A program made the translations under genes and the position numbers. DNA of 63,662 nucleotides from a virus (lineage: Duplodnaviria; Caudoviricetes), in IMG/VR virus record IMGVR_UViG_3300032799_000186, positions 1 to 63,662 of that record; one strand, written 5' to 3'. Below the pieces are notes generated by a model, which saw only the letters and a program-made list of their open reading frames with translations, had not been told where the DNA came from and searched no databases. Positions 46,486 to 56,087 of this stretch are shown here, piece after piece; position 1 is the stretch's first letter, and each line of letters starts with the position of its first letter.

Positions 46486-46952
46486 TGGCAACGACGATCT
46501 ACACCATCGGGCCTGCAATCTTTCCACCGACTGGCGGGGGGCCGGTCCTGATCGAATCGGTGTTCCAGCAAAGAGTACCTTCCAACGGGGGATACCGGCT
46601 GGACTTGCATGGTACGTTTCCGGTGGGGCAACGACTCCGGGTGTACGTCGGGGTGACGGGTTCCTCGGCGGATGCCAAGTGCCTATCGGGGAAAGCTGGG
46701 CAAGGATCGATCATCTATGCCGTGGATGATTCCAACTTGCACTGTTACACCCCTCTCCTACCCGTCGGTGGGCCGTTCGCAGTTACAGTGCAATCTCTGG
46801 ACACCGGAAACGCTTCGTGCTTACCCCAAGCGGTGGCAACCATCAAGCCAGACTTCAAAACTTCGGTGTTTGCTTTGAAGTCTATGCTCCCGACAGTTTT
46901 GCTGGTTGGTCCTCGAAAGGTCGAGGACGTGCCCCCGATACCTAACCCGTAG
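46485..46952 (+). CDS. Hypothetical protein (IPT/Ig-like)
   Basis: TAATG overlap, beta-rich sequence. Confidence 0.55.
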   Translation: MATTIYTIGPAIFPPTGGGPVLIESVFQQRVPSNGGYRLDLHGTFPVGQRLRVYVGVTGSSADAKCLSGKAGQGSIIYAVDDSNLHCYTPLLPVGGPFAVTVQSLDTGNASCLPQAVATIKPDFKTSVFALKSMLPTVLLVGPRKVEDVPPIPNP

Positions 46953-46962
46953 GAGCTGACCC

Positions 46963-47370
46963 ATGGGATTCTCGACAGCCAACAAGAACGTGGTGCTGGA
47001 CAAACTATTTGGGGCGGCGAACTTCACCCCGTCAGCCACCCTTTACCTGGGTTTGAGCACTACCCTGCCCACCGACGCGGGGGCCAATGTGAGCGAACCC
47101 TCGGGGGGCGGGTATGTCAGGATCGCGATCACCAACGACGGCACTCACTGGTCAGCAGCCAGCGCCGGCGAGAAGTCCAACGCCCTGGACATCATCTTTG
47201 CCGCCGCGTCCGGGCTGTGGGGGACCATCGGCTGGTGGGTGCTGTACGACGCAGCCTCTGGGGGTGTCTTTCAGCACTGGGGGATTCTCCAAACCCCCAG
47301 GACTATCGACATTGGAGATGTGTTTCGGTTCATGGCGGGGGATCTGGCGATTCAGCTTCGCAGCGAGTAG
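46963..47370 (+). CDS. Phage tail/baseplate accessory protein
   Basis: LYLGLST..EPSGGGYVR..IIF..WGTI..LYDAASGG, a common phage tail motif. Confidence 0.7.
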   Translation: MGFSTANKNVVLDKLFGAANFTPSATLYLGLSTTLPTDAGANVSEPSGGGYVRIAITNDGTHWSAASAGEKSNALDIIFAAASGLWGTIGWWVLYDAASGGVFQHWGILQTPRTIDIGDVFRFMAGDLAIQLRSE

Positions 47371-47379
47371 GAGAGCATC

Positions 47380-49740
47380 GTGGCCTACGTGGACGCCCTG
47401 GGGTTGTTGCTGGAGATGTCGAGCGGGGGGAGCACCCCCGAGATAATCTATTCGGCAACGGGGCTCCTGGCCGAGACCCACGAGGCTGTGGGGATGGGTC
47501 GATTCGACGATGTGGCCCCAGGGGAAATGGGGTGGTTGTCGGCAGTCCTGGAAGCTATTGGGGAAGCAGACAACAAGATTGGCGGCTACCGAGAATCCCG
47601 GCTGATGGACCCGGTGAACGTAGGCGAGGACATCTTCCCTGTTGAGAATGCCCAGGATTGGGAACCTACCGGGCGAGTGGCCATCGACGGGGTGGTCTAT
47701 ACCTACACCTCCAGGGGACCGGGGCGGCTTTCTGGGATCACCCACATCTACCACGGGGACGTGGTGCGCGGCGCCCGGAAGCTACACTACCGGGACGCCC
47801 CGGTGCTGGACTTGCAGAACCCCTACAACGCCATCCAACTCCTTCGTCGGGCCTTCCTGGTGGGGACAGCCGAAGGCGACGACCTGAACGCTGTGGGGCG
47901 CAATCTGGGGGTGTTCCGTTACGCCTTCCTGGGGGACGATGAAGTCTACCGGGCGATTGTCCAGGCCCTGGCTTACAACCCCCGGGGAACGATGCACGGG
48001 ATCCGCCTGGCCTTGGACGCCATGGTGGGCGCCGGCAAGTACGAATTGGTGGAGGACCTGGTTCGCCACCCTTGCACCCTGTACGTGAAGCTGATCGCCG
48101 CTTTGCTGATCCAGGGTAAAGCCATCGGGCACGCTTACCTTCAGAACGCCTCCGAAAGCCCCTTGATGGTATTGGGCGGGGTCAATCAGATCCCCATGGT
48201 AGCCTTGCCTTGCGACCGAGGGGTCCAGGAAACGGCCTTCTGGCGGGACATGCGGTTTCTGCACGAGTTCAAGAACGTCCGGCCCAGTGCCGTTCTGGAG
48301 GTGGACTACGAAGGGGATTTGGGAACCGCTCTCTGGTTCTACCCAGGATCCAACGAGAACGCCAATGTAACCCCCGGCGCAGACTACGTAACGATCACCG
48401 ACAACGATCCGGCCGACGATCTCATCCACTACCGGATTCGCACCCGGCCGGACAGATTCGGGGATGAGCAGGGCTGGAAGGTCAGCATGCTGTTTTGCAT
48501 TCCTGCTGGGTACTGCACCAACGCTGACCCCAACCAGTGGGGCATGCGGATGAACGACGGTTGGAAAGAAGTGGATTGTGGGGTTTGGGTGGATGGCGGA
48601 AACTTCTACCTGACTCTGGTGGACAACTTTGCCCCAACGGGTGACCAGACCAGCATCAACAGAGACACCTGGTATGAGGTCACGCTGGAAAAGCGGGTGG
48701 TGAGCCGAGGTACCATTCCCTGGGGTGGGCTCGACACCCCCCAGCACGAGATCGTTCTGTCCCTGAATGGTCGGGAGGTTTCTCGACGACCTTATTGGCT
48801 ATTCATGGACATCCCGGGTGGAGAAGATCCCTTCGCATCCTTTGGGAGTTTCCCTGGTTTGATCGGCCCGATGTCCAACATCCGGGGGTACGTGAAGCAC
48901 GTGGGGCTCCAGGTCGAGGCCCGGCAGGACTTCGTGGACGGGATGTTCTTGGGTGACGTAGGATCTGTGGGACCCACCGTCCTGAGCAACGCCCCCGCGC
49001 TGACTTTCGAGGCCGACGACATCGGAAAGAGGGTCATTACAAAGTGGAGTGGGGTAGCCAACGCCTACGGAGGCAACAACAACGGGGTCTGGACCATTCA
49101 CTCTAGGACCTCGGCTACCGAAGTGGTGCTGTGGGGGGAGATTCAGACCGGGGCATCGGTGGACACCGGGCACCCCAAGCGGATTGTGGTGCCTTTCTCC
49201 ACGGCGGCTTTCACCTTCCCGGATGATCTGGGCAAGAAGATCGTGGTCACCAACAGCGTGCATGGGAACAACGGTACTTATACCATCGAGAAATTGCTCC
49301 AGATGGGGACGGAGCTGGACCTGGCGACCGAGTTCAATACCCTCCTTCGGGAGAAAACCAACTTGTGCGAGGTCGTGGAGGCGGTGGCGTTTGTGACCGA
49401 GGGCGGTCTGGAGTTTCACCTGGAGCCCAACTTTGACGCGGAGGTCGGGGTGTACTTCATCCTGAGCGCCGCTTCAAACGTCGAGGCAGGTCCTGTATTG
49501 CAGGTTCGCGGGGAATTTTGGGAAGGTGGGGCCATCAACCCTTCCGTCTACGTGGGCTACTCTCGGGTGTTGACGGCACAGGTGCTTCTGGAATCTACTC
49601 CAGTTGTGGAAAAAATATCTGACGTTCCCCTGGTCTACAACTGGTATCCGTTCTACCTGACGGATCCCCTCGGGTTCATTCGAGACTACCTGGACGAACT
49701 GACTGCGGCCGGCGTGATTGCCGAGTACCTGGTCGAGTAG
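47380..49740 (+). CDS. Baseplate wedge (gpI-like) protein with extension
   Basis: TAEGDDLNAVG..DDEVYR..PRGT and C-terminal LDELTAAGV. Confidence 0.65.
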   Translation: MAYVDALGLLLEMSSGGSTPEIIYSATGLLAETHEAVGMGRFDDVAPGEMGWLSAVLEAIGEADNKIGGYRESRLMDPVNVGEDIFPVENAQDWEPTGRVAIDGVVYTYTSRGPGRLSGITHIYHGDVVRGARKLHYRDAPVLDLQNPYNAIQLLRRAFLVGTAEGDDLNAVGRNLGVFRYAFLGDDEVYRAIVQALAYNPRGTMHGIRLALDAMVGAGKYELVEDLVRHPCTLYVKLIAALLIQGKAIGHAYLQNASESPLMVLGGVNQIPMVALPCDRGVQETAFWRDMRFLHEFKNVRPSAVLEVDYEGDLGTALWFYPGSNENANVTPGADYVTITDNDPADDLIHYRIRTRPDRFGDEQGWKVSMLFCIPAGYCTNADPNQWGMRMNDGWKEVDCGVWVDGGNFYLTLVDNFAPTGDQTSINRDTWYEVTLEKRVVSRGTIPWGGLDTPQHEIVLSLNGREVSRRPYWLFMDIPGGEDPFASFGSFPGLIGPMSNIRGYVKHVGLQVEARQDFVDGMFLGDVGSVGPTVLSNAPALTFEADDIGKRVITKWSGVANAYGGNNNGVWTIHSRTSATEVVLWGEIQTGASVDTGHPKRIVVPFSTAAFTFPDDLGKKIVVTNSVHGNNGTYTIEKLLQMGTELDLATEFNTLLREKTNLCEVVEAVAFVTEGGLEFHLEPNFDAEVGVYFILSAASNVEAGPVLQVRGEFWEGGAINPSVYVGYSRVLTAQVLLESTPVVEKISDVPLVYNWYPFYLTDPLGFIRDYLDELTAAGVIAEYLVE

Positions 49741-49749
49741 GAGACCCCC

Positions 49750-52377
49750 ATGACCGACCTTTTGAGAGTCGAAACCAACGAGCGGATGGACCTGGAAGAT
49801 TTTGAGTTCCTGGCGGCATCGTTGGGGCAGTCGGAACAAGAGAAACTCGCCAACTTTGACACCAACCCCGCCGGCCAGCGGATGTGGATCCTGAATGGCT
49901 TCGGGATCACCAACCCAGCGGGGAAGCAGCTTACCATCACCCGAGGTCGAGCGATCTTGGCGTATCGGGATAAGGGGATCGTCAAATACGGTGCGTTCTC
50001 CATTGGTGGGGATGCCACCAAGACCGTAGACTTGACCGCTTACGTCTCCGCCACCTACGGAATTTATGTTCGGTTCGAGTACGTGGACAGCGAATCCCGA
50101 TCCAGGGTTTTCTGGAATCCTTCAGGGGACGGTTCAGAGTTTGCCCAGACCATCGCCACTCGGAAGGCAGCCAACTGGAGTATGCGGGTTGAGGCCACCA
50201 ATCCCGGGGCCGAGTGGTTGCAGATCGGGACGGTGGTTCAGTCCACCATGGTCATCACCGACATGCGCCCCTTCTTTTTCGAGGGGGAAGCCAACAACAG
50301 CTACCGCTCCGGATGGAGCACCGATGGTGGGGGCGCTTCTACCGACCGGAACGCCAACCGGGCATTGTACGGGGTCAGCGACCTCCAGAAATTCACGGCG
50401 GCGATGCGCCAGTGCCTCAAGGACATCAAGGGCCGGGGCTTGCGCGAGTGGTACAGCCGGGACATCGGGGGCATGAACATTGGGTTCGATGCGGCGCCTG
50501 TGGAGGACGCTCTGGCGGTGGGAGATCAGAATTTCAACCTCTACAACGACGTGGGCGGTGGCTATAGGTACCTCAACTTCAATGATGACAATGCCATCTA
50601 CTGTCAGCCTGCCACCAACCAGATCACGTTCAAGGTGGATGGGAGTTCTCAAGCCCATCTTGACGGGGAGGGGATGAGCATAGCTAAAGGACTCAATGTA
50701 GGTTTCCTGGCCGATGACCCTTCCGTAGATACCGTGGCCATCGGGGATGTGGAGTTCTACTTGCAGCTCGGCAGTTATGGGCTCCTCACTTTGAATTTTG
50801 ATGCTGATGACTACATGGAGTATGACCGGGGTGCCAACGCCCTAGCGTTCATGATCGGAGGAGTTTTTGCGTTTAGGTCGAAAGCTACTGGCTTTTGGGC
50901 GTACCCGGCGACGTTCCTGAAAAACCTGGCCGGCCCAGCAAACAAATCGAACTGGAAATGGGCGGTCGAGACCGCCGAAGGCGAGCTGGAGTTGTTCACG
51001 GTGGACGATGCTGGTGGCACACCGGTACTCCAGCATCACTGGGAAAAAGACGGGAGCGGGGTGGTCGAGTGGGTGTCTTTCGAGGGTGGCGCAGCAGGGG
51101 TCGGAATGGGTTTGGACCTCCACCATTCGGGCGGGGTGGGGTCGTTCAATCGCTGGCAGTTCCAAGCCTTCAATGACATCCTGAAGTTCAACCTCCGGAA
51201 CCCCACGGGATCGGCTACCACCAATGTCTGCGAGCTGAGGCATGCGGCCAGTGGGGCCAAGGGCAATTACTGGATGGAGAGCGATTGCGCTTTCGGGCAC
51301 ACGGCAGCTCGCTGGATGATCTATGGGGCCACCGTGGATACCACCGTCCTGAAAACCGGGACGGGGGCCAGCGCCGGTGTCGAATGCGACCTGGAGCCCT
51401 TTGCCAACAGCTCCAGTTACAACCTGGGTGGGGCAACGAAAGCGTGGTACCGGGCGTACCTGGATCGGATTTCGTTGGGCGAGGGCGCCGGCGAGGGGTT
51501 TGTGTCCAACCTGTACCCGGATGCGTCGGCCAGCAACCGGTCCATCGGGTCCGCTGCTCGAAAGTGGTACGACGCCCAGTTCAGTCACAAGCTGTGGATC
51601 ACCCCCGACACGGTTGTGGATGTGAATCTCGTTATGGGGGCCGCTGATAACGCCTATGCCTGGAATTGGCGGGCCACCAGCGACAATCTGTACCTGGACG
51701 TTTACAACGCTTCCTATGTCTACCAGAACTGGCTGATTCGGTTCATCCGGAACGGTATAGCGCCCGTCGGTATCGAGGTCCAGGGGCGCGGCACGTTCGA
51801 CGTGGATTCTGGGTTCTCCGGGACCAAGAACGCCACGCTGGTATCCACGGGAATCGATCCGATTGTGAAGGTCGAGAACCAGCACACCGGGCTGGATGCC
51901 GACAACCGAAACTGGTACCTGATGAATGAGCGGGTGGCGGCCAAGGGGCATTTTTCCTTCCGGTCAGCCAATGCCGGCTACACCAGTGACTATGAGTGGC
52001 TGATGGCTGAAGCGCGGGGTGGGTCCTCCGGGAATGAGTGGCTGGTGGATTACGTGTCTCTGGCTTCTGAAGTAGCCGTGGTTTTTGACACCCCGCTAGT
52101 CAGACCGTCTGACATAGCTGGGGGTTCCGATCTCGGAGACGATACCAATTTCTGGGGGTACTTGTTCAGCATGGGACCCCGGGCCAAAGTGAGCACGGCG
52201 GTGGGGGTTGCGGGATGGGTAACGTACACTGGGAATGCGTTCCCTGGGGCTACGGGGGTGGCCTACACCGTCAAGGGCACCTCTGGCAGCACAGCCCGGG
52301 ACAGTGCCGGGTTCCTCAAGATTTTCGTGGGAACGAACGTCTACTACATTCCGTACTTTGTGGGCTATGACGGCTAA
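49750..52377 (+). CDS. Tail fibre protein
   Basis: 875 aa at the end of the baseplate module. Repeated NLGGATKAW/SIGSAARKW/DLGDDTNFW fibre motifs. Confidence 0.75.
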   Translation: MTDLLRVETNERMDLEDFEFLAASLGQSEQEKLANFDTNPAGQRMWILNGFGITNPAGKQLTITRGRAILAYRDKGIVKYGAFSIGGDATKTVDLTAYVSATYGIYVRFEYVDSESRSRVFWNPSGDGSEFAQTIATRKAANWSMRVEATNPGAEWLQIGTVVQSTMVITDMRPFFFEGEANNSYRSGWSTDGGGASTDRNANRALYGVSDLQKFTAAMRQCLKDIKGRGLREWYSRDIGGMNIGFDAAPVEDALAVGDQNFNLYNDVGGGYRYLNFNDDNAIYCQPATNQITFKVDGSSQAHLDGEGMSIAKGLNVGFLADDPSVDTVAIGDVEFYLQLGSYGLLTLNFDADDYMEYDRGANALAFMIGGVFAFRSKATGFWAYPATFLKNLAGPANKSNWKWAVETAEGELELFTVDDAGGTPVLQHHWEKDGSGVVEWVSFEGGAAGVGMGLDLHHSGGVGSFNRWQFQAFNDILKFNLRNPTGSATTNVCELRHAASGAKGNYWMESDCAFGHTAARWMIYGATVDTTVLKTGTGASAGVECDLEPFANSSSYNLGGATKAWYRAYLDRISLGEGAGEGFVSNLYPDASASNRSIGSAARKWYDAQFSHKLWITPDTVVDVNLVMGAADNAYAWNWRATSDNLYLDVYNASYVYQNWLIRFIRNGIAPVGIEVQGRGTFDVDSGFSGTKNATLVSTGIDPIVKVENQHTGLDADNRNWYLMNERVAAKGHFSFRSANAGYTSDYEWLMAEARGGSSGNEWLVDYVSLASEVAVVFDTPLVRPSDIAGGSDLGDDTNFWGYLFSMGPRAKVSTAVGVAGWVTYTGNAFPGATGVAYTVKGTSGSTARDSAGFLKIFVGTNVYYIPYFVGYDG

Positions 52378-52404
52378 ACCAGAGGGGAAAGAGGAGAGCG
52401 AACC

Positions 52405-52749
52405 ATGAAAGGTGCAATGGGTCTGAAGATGTCGAACGAAGAGATCGATGAGTACATGAGTGGTTTGATCACGGCCAAGGAGTCCACGCTGGAGGGGCTG
52501 GAGGCCGAGTGCCTGGACCGCTGGAAAGCCCTGACCGCTGACATCTCGAAAGCGTCCGAAGAACTGACTCGGGCTCGGGGGCTGATCGAACGGTTGCAGG
52601 CAGGTGTCCAGGACATGCACGGCCAGCGGAAGGCTCACGTCCAGCTCCTCATCGCGGCCGAGGAAAGCCGGCGGAACGCAAAGAACCCCAACCTGGAAGT
52701 CGTGAAGGACTTGCCCAAGGGCGAGACCAAGGTGGCTTCCGAGAAATGA
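52405..52749 (+). CDS. Hypothetical coiled-coil protein (possible fibre chaperone)
   Basis: GAGGAG SD. Follows the fibre gene. Confidence 0.55.
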   Translation: MKGAMGLKMSNEEIDEYMSGLITAKESTLEGLEAECLDRWKALTADISKASEELTRARGLIERLQAGVQDMHGQRKAHVQLLIAAEESRRNAKNPNLEVVKDLPKGETKVASEK

Positions 52750-53114
52750 GGCGGGTCATGGCAAAGGTGTGGCTCTGGGTAAAGAACTATCTCTGGAAGT
52801 TCGTTGGCGGCTTGTTCATGGAGGACCGAGCGGGCACTTCGGTCATCTCCCTGGGACGGGTCTTGTTGCTGGCTGTGTTCGTTACCATGATCACCTTCTG
52901 GCACAAGGAACGGCCCGAGCTGCCTGGTGGGCTCATGGAAGCGTTCTATGCCCTCTTGGGCTACGTGTTCGGCAGCAAGGCTGTAGGAACTGCCAGGGAG
53001 TGGCTCGGCAACGGCAAGGGTATTGGCTTAGACGGTATCCCGATCAATCAAGCACCCAGCGGTGCCCGTGAGTCTGGGGCGCCCGAGACCCCACCCCCGG
53101 GGGCCAAGCCGTGA
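52746..53114 (+). CDS. Holin-like membrane protein
   Basis: Two hydrophobic helices (SLGRVLLLAVF.., FYALLGYVFGSK). ATGA overlap. Confidence 0.6.
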   Translation: MRRVMAKVWLWVKNYLWKFVGGLFMEDRAGTSVISLGRVLLLAVFVTMITFWHKERPELPGGLMEAFYALLGYVFGSKAVGTAREWLGNGKGIGLDGIPINQAPSGARESGAPETPPPGAKP

Positions 53115-53452
53115 CCAAGGTCAAGGCGTTCTGGACTTGGACCAAGCAAAACTGGAAGATCCCGGTCATCATCGTGGGGATCATCCTGGGGTGGTTGCTG
53201 TTCCGAAGCCGGCGGGAGAAGGGGACCCCGCTCGCCCAGACCAAGGTCGAGCTTCAAGCTCTGGAAGCGGCCGGCCAGGCCCGAGCCAAGGAAGCGGAAC
53301 TGGGGGCGGCCCAGGCGCGGGCTTGGGTGGAGGTTCGGTACCAGGTCGAGTTGAAGGCCCTGGATAACAAGAAGGCAGCCCAGGCAAAGGAACTCCGCGA
53401 TGACCCAGCTAAATTGGCGGCTTTTCTGGTCCGTGCTGGTTCTGGTCAGTAG
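53111..53452 (+). CDS. Inner-membrane spanin-like (Rz-like) protein
   Basis: N-terminal transmembrane segment then an Ala/Glu/Lys coiled coil. Overlaps the next gene. Confidence 0.55.
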   Translation: MTKVKAFWTWTKQNWKIPVIIVGIILGWLLFRSRREKGTPLAQTKVELQALEAAGQARAKEAELGAAQARAWVEVRYQVELKALDNKKAAQAKELRDDPAKLAAFLVRAGSGQ

Positions 53453-53876
53453 CCTGACACTCTGGGGAGCCCCAGGAAGGGCCGGGGATACTACCCCCGT
53501 CTGTTCTCCCGGAGACCCCACCCGATGTGCCCAGCCCCTGTCCCTTGGCCAGCCAGCCCCATTCCCAGGGCAACTGCTCAGCCCGACCTTGGCGTTGGAC
53601 CTGGGGCAGAAGGCCAGTTTCTGCGATGAGCGGTTGGATCTGGAGCTGAAGCACGTCAAGGCCGAGGCCAGCATCGACCTGACTCTGGAAAAGCAGCTCC
53701 GGGGAAACGACAAGATCACCTGGGATGCCGAGAAGGCGCTGCTCCTGGATCGCCTGGCCGAAGCCAAAAAGCCGCCCCCCTGGTACACCCATCCAGCTTT
53801 TATTGTCACGATGAGCGTCCTCGCAACTATCGGGTTATCTTACGGAATGTTCGAGTTGGCTACCCGAATCAAGTAG
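53400..53876 (+). CDS. Exported membrane protein, possible second spanin component
   Basis: Signal-peptide-like N-terminus, Cys residues, coiled coil, PPPWY and a C-terminal hydrophobic helix. Confidence 0.5.
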   Translation: MTQLNWRLFWSVLVLVSSLTLWGAPGRAGDTTPVCSPGDPTRCAQPLSLGQPAPFPGQLLSPTLALDLGQKASFCDERLDLELKHVKAEASIDLTLEKQLRGNDKITWDAEKALLLDRLAEAKKPPPWYTHPAFIVTMSVLATIGLSYGMFELATRIK

Positions 53877-53885
53877 GACCCCCAA

Positions 53886-53932
53886 AAAAAAGCTGGACCA
53901 ATCTGGTCCAAACGGAGTTATATGGGGTGAGG
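53886..53932 (+). promoter_or_regulatory. 47-bp promoter-like element, copy 1
   Basis: AAAAAAGCTGGACCAA-N9-AACGGAGTTATATGGGGTGAGG, an ungapped match to 55839-55885. Confidence 0.55.
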
Positions 53933-54070
53933 ACTTGGAGTCCTCCAGCACCCCAACAGCGTCAGTCAGGGTTGGCTTCCATCGAGCGGCGATTGGACCG
54001 TTAGCGGTCACTAAGCGCCGACAGCGCACCGAAGCCGGAGTTTGAAAGAGGTTGACTACTTTAGGTTTTT
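53924..54070 (+). ncRNA. Candidate structured non-coding RNA A
   Basis: Nested stems: GGGGTG/CACCCC, GAGGACT/AGTCCTC, AGTCA/TGACT, GGCTTC/GAAGCC, CGGCG/CGCCG, GACCG-TTAG-CGGTC. Confidence 0.4.
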
Positions 54071-54255
54071 ACAACCCACGGTGATCAGATCAGAGATCAT
54101 TTTGATTTTGATCTAGTAATCTATATGAGCTAAAGCACGGGATCAAAAGTCAAGTGGTTGATATTGCAAGAGAAAATGGAAATTGAGAAATGAGTAGAAA
54201 GGCTAGATAAAAGGTTGATTATACAAAGAAATTTGTACTTGAAAATGTGCTAAAA

Positions 54256-55878
54256 ATGGACATAAATTCCAGAGAAAACAAGGTGGAGATCAGCGGGTTT
54301 GGCCCCTTCGGGGCCAACCCGCAGGGCTTCGCCCCACCTGATTCTACTTACCATCTCGGGACTGGGGAAGATGTAGAGTTCCAGGTAGAGAACGGGTGGA
54401 CCCATATCTTGCACGCCCCTCCCTTCCTGCTGAGTGTGTTCGACCAGGAACTTCGCTACCCAACCCAGGTCGCTTTGGCCATGGAAGCCGGCTTCGTCGC
54501 TCAGGACGGGTGGGACGGCTGGATCCGGTTGCTTCGAAAGCCCACCCAGACCAACCCTTCCCCCAGGGTGCCCACAGGATTGCTTTCCGCTTTGATCAGG
54601 TTGTGCGGAAAGTTTGGGTTTACCTACCGGATCCATGATTCCAGAAACAAGCCCGCCGGAGACGTTCCAGAAATGGTGACGATCCCGCTTCGTGACTACC
54701 AGGAAGCGGCAGTCGAGGCGGCCTTGAAAGCAGGCCGTGGGGTTCTGGACATGCCACCCAGGTCTGGAAAGACCAGGACCATGGCTGAGATTCATCGGCG
54801 CCTGGCGCTTCCCACAGCTTGGCTGGCCCCGACAACCCGGATCGTGACTCAAACGGCCGAGGTGCTGGCCGGGTTTTTCGGGGAGAACTATGCTTTCACC
54901 CTGGTGGGATCGAAAGACTGGAAAGCGGCTTCCAGAAAAAAGATCGTGGTTTGCACAGCGGCGACGGCTGGGAACTTGCCGGCCGATTTCTGGAAAAGCC
55001 GGCAAGTGGTGGTGGTCGATGAATGGCATCACGCGGCAGCCAAGACCTACCGGGAAATACTCGATCATTGCGAGCACGTCTACTATAGGTTTGGGATGAC
55101 CGGTACTTTTTACCGCTCGGGCCTGGATGAACTGGCTATGCACGCTCTGCTCTCGAACGCGGTCTACAAGATCACAAGTCGGGAACTGTTGGCTCGGGGG
55201 TTCTTGATCCCGGTGAAGGTGGTGTTTATCCCGGTCCTCGGACACGTGCGGGGGTGCGGAACTGGATTCCAGACGGGACACGGGAAGGCGGGGATCCACG
55301 AGCACACCTACCGCCAGTCGATGGTGGCCCACGTTGCTCACTACCTCCAGAGCACCGGCCGGCGAGTCCTGGTGCTGGTTGGGACCAAGAAACAGGGCCG
55401 GGATCTGGAGACGGTCATCCGAACCCTGGTGCCCCGGGCGCCGGATGGATGCCAGCGCAAGTCGGTGGAGTTCATCTGTCACGACACCCCCAAGACGATC
55501 CAGGGGGAGATTCTGGAATCGTTCGTGGCTGGTCGGGAGGTGAAGGTGCTCATCGGGACCTCAATCGTGGGTGAGGGAGTGGACTTGCCAACGACCGACA
55601 GTTTGGTGTACGCCAAGGGGGAGAAGGCCGAGGTCACCTTGGTGCAGAACGCTTACCGGGTGGCGACGGCGGCCGAGGGAAAGGATTCTGCAATCATCGT
55701 GGACTTCGCTGACCGACACCACCGGAAACTGTTGCAGCACGCCCTGGAGCGGTTGAGAATCTACCACGAGGAACCAAGTTTTGAGGTGAAGGTGCTTCAA
55801 GATCCGCAGGAATTTCCCCAGTGGCTACAGGCGCAGGGAAAAAAGCTGGACCAAAATCTCTGGAACGGGGTTATCTAG
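54256..55878 (+). CDS. Superfamily 2 DNA helicase (UvsW/Rad25-like)
   Basis: LRDYQ, MPPRSGKT, DEWHH, MTGT, GEGVDLP, IVDFAD. The start position is uncertain. Confidence 0.88.
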   Translation: MDINSRENKVEISGFGPFGANPQGFAPPDSTYHLGTGEDVEFQVENGWTHILHAPPFLLSVFDQELRYPTQVALAMEAGFVAQDGWDGWIRLLRKPTQTNPSPRVPTGLLSALIRLCGKFGFTYRIHDSRNKPAGDVPEMVTIPLRDYQEAAVEAALKAGRGVLDMPPRSGKTRTMAEIHRRLALPTAWLAPTTRIVTQTAEVLAGFFGENYAFTLVGSKDWKAASRKKIVVCTAATAGNLPADFWKSRQVVVVDEWHHAAAKTYREILDHCEHVYYRFGMTGTFYRSGLDELAMHALLSNAVYKITSRELLARGFLIPVKVVFIPVLGHVRGCGTGFQTGHGKAGIHEHTYRQSMVAHVAHYLQSTGRRVLVLVGTKKQGRDLETVIRTLVPRAPDGCQRKSVEFICHDTPKTIQGEILESFVAGREVKVLIGTSIVGEGVDLPTTDSLVYAKGEKAEVTLVQNAYRVATAAEGKDSAIIVDFADRHHRKLLQHALERLRIYHEEPSFEVKVLQDPQEFPQWLQAQGKKLDQNLWNGVI

Positions 55879-55885
55879 GTTGAGG
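55839..55885 (+). promoter_or_regulatory. 47-bp promoter-like element, copy 2
   Basis: AAAAAAGCTGGACCAA-N9-AACGGGGTTATCTAGGTTGAGG. Overlaps the helicase stop codon. Confidence 0.55.
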
Positions 55886-56077
55886 CAAACGATAGTCCCC
55901 TTCCGGGTGGCTGGGCGGAGTAACCCCCCCCCCTACTTCGACCGCCCCCGGAAGGGGACCTTGAAATCAAAGGGTTTCCTTGAGGACTTAGCTGTGCTAC
56001 AGAGAAACTTGCTTGCCTTGAGTAGCAGGCGCCACGCCCCGTAGATCAACGTCCCTTGGTCTACGGGGCCTTCTTTT
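55880..56077 (+). ncRNA. Candidate structured non-coding RNA B ending in a terminator
   Basis: 13-bp stem 55895-55907/55947-55959 enclosing inner stems and a C10 loop, further small hairpins, and a terminal terminator hairpin. Confidence 0.5.
56036..56077 (+). terminator. Intrinsic terminator
   Basis: GCCCCGTAGATCAA/CGTCCC/TTGGTCTACGGGGC followed by CTTCTTTT. Confidence 0.7.
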
Positions 56078-56087
56078 GGGAGGATCC

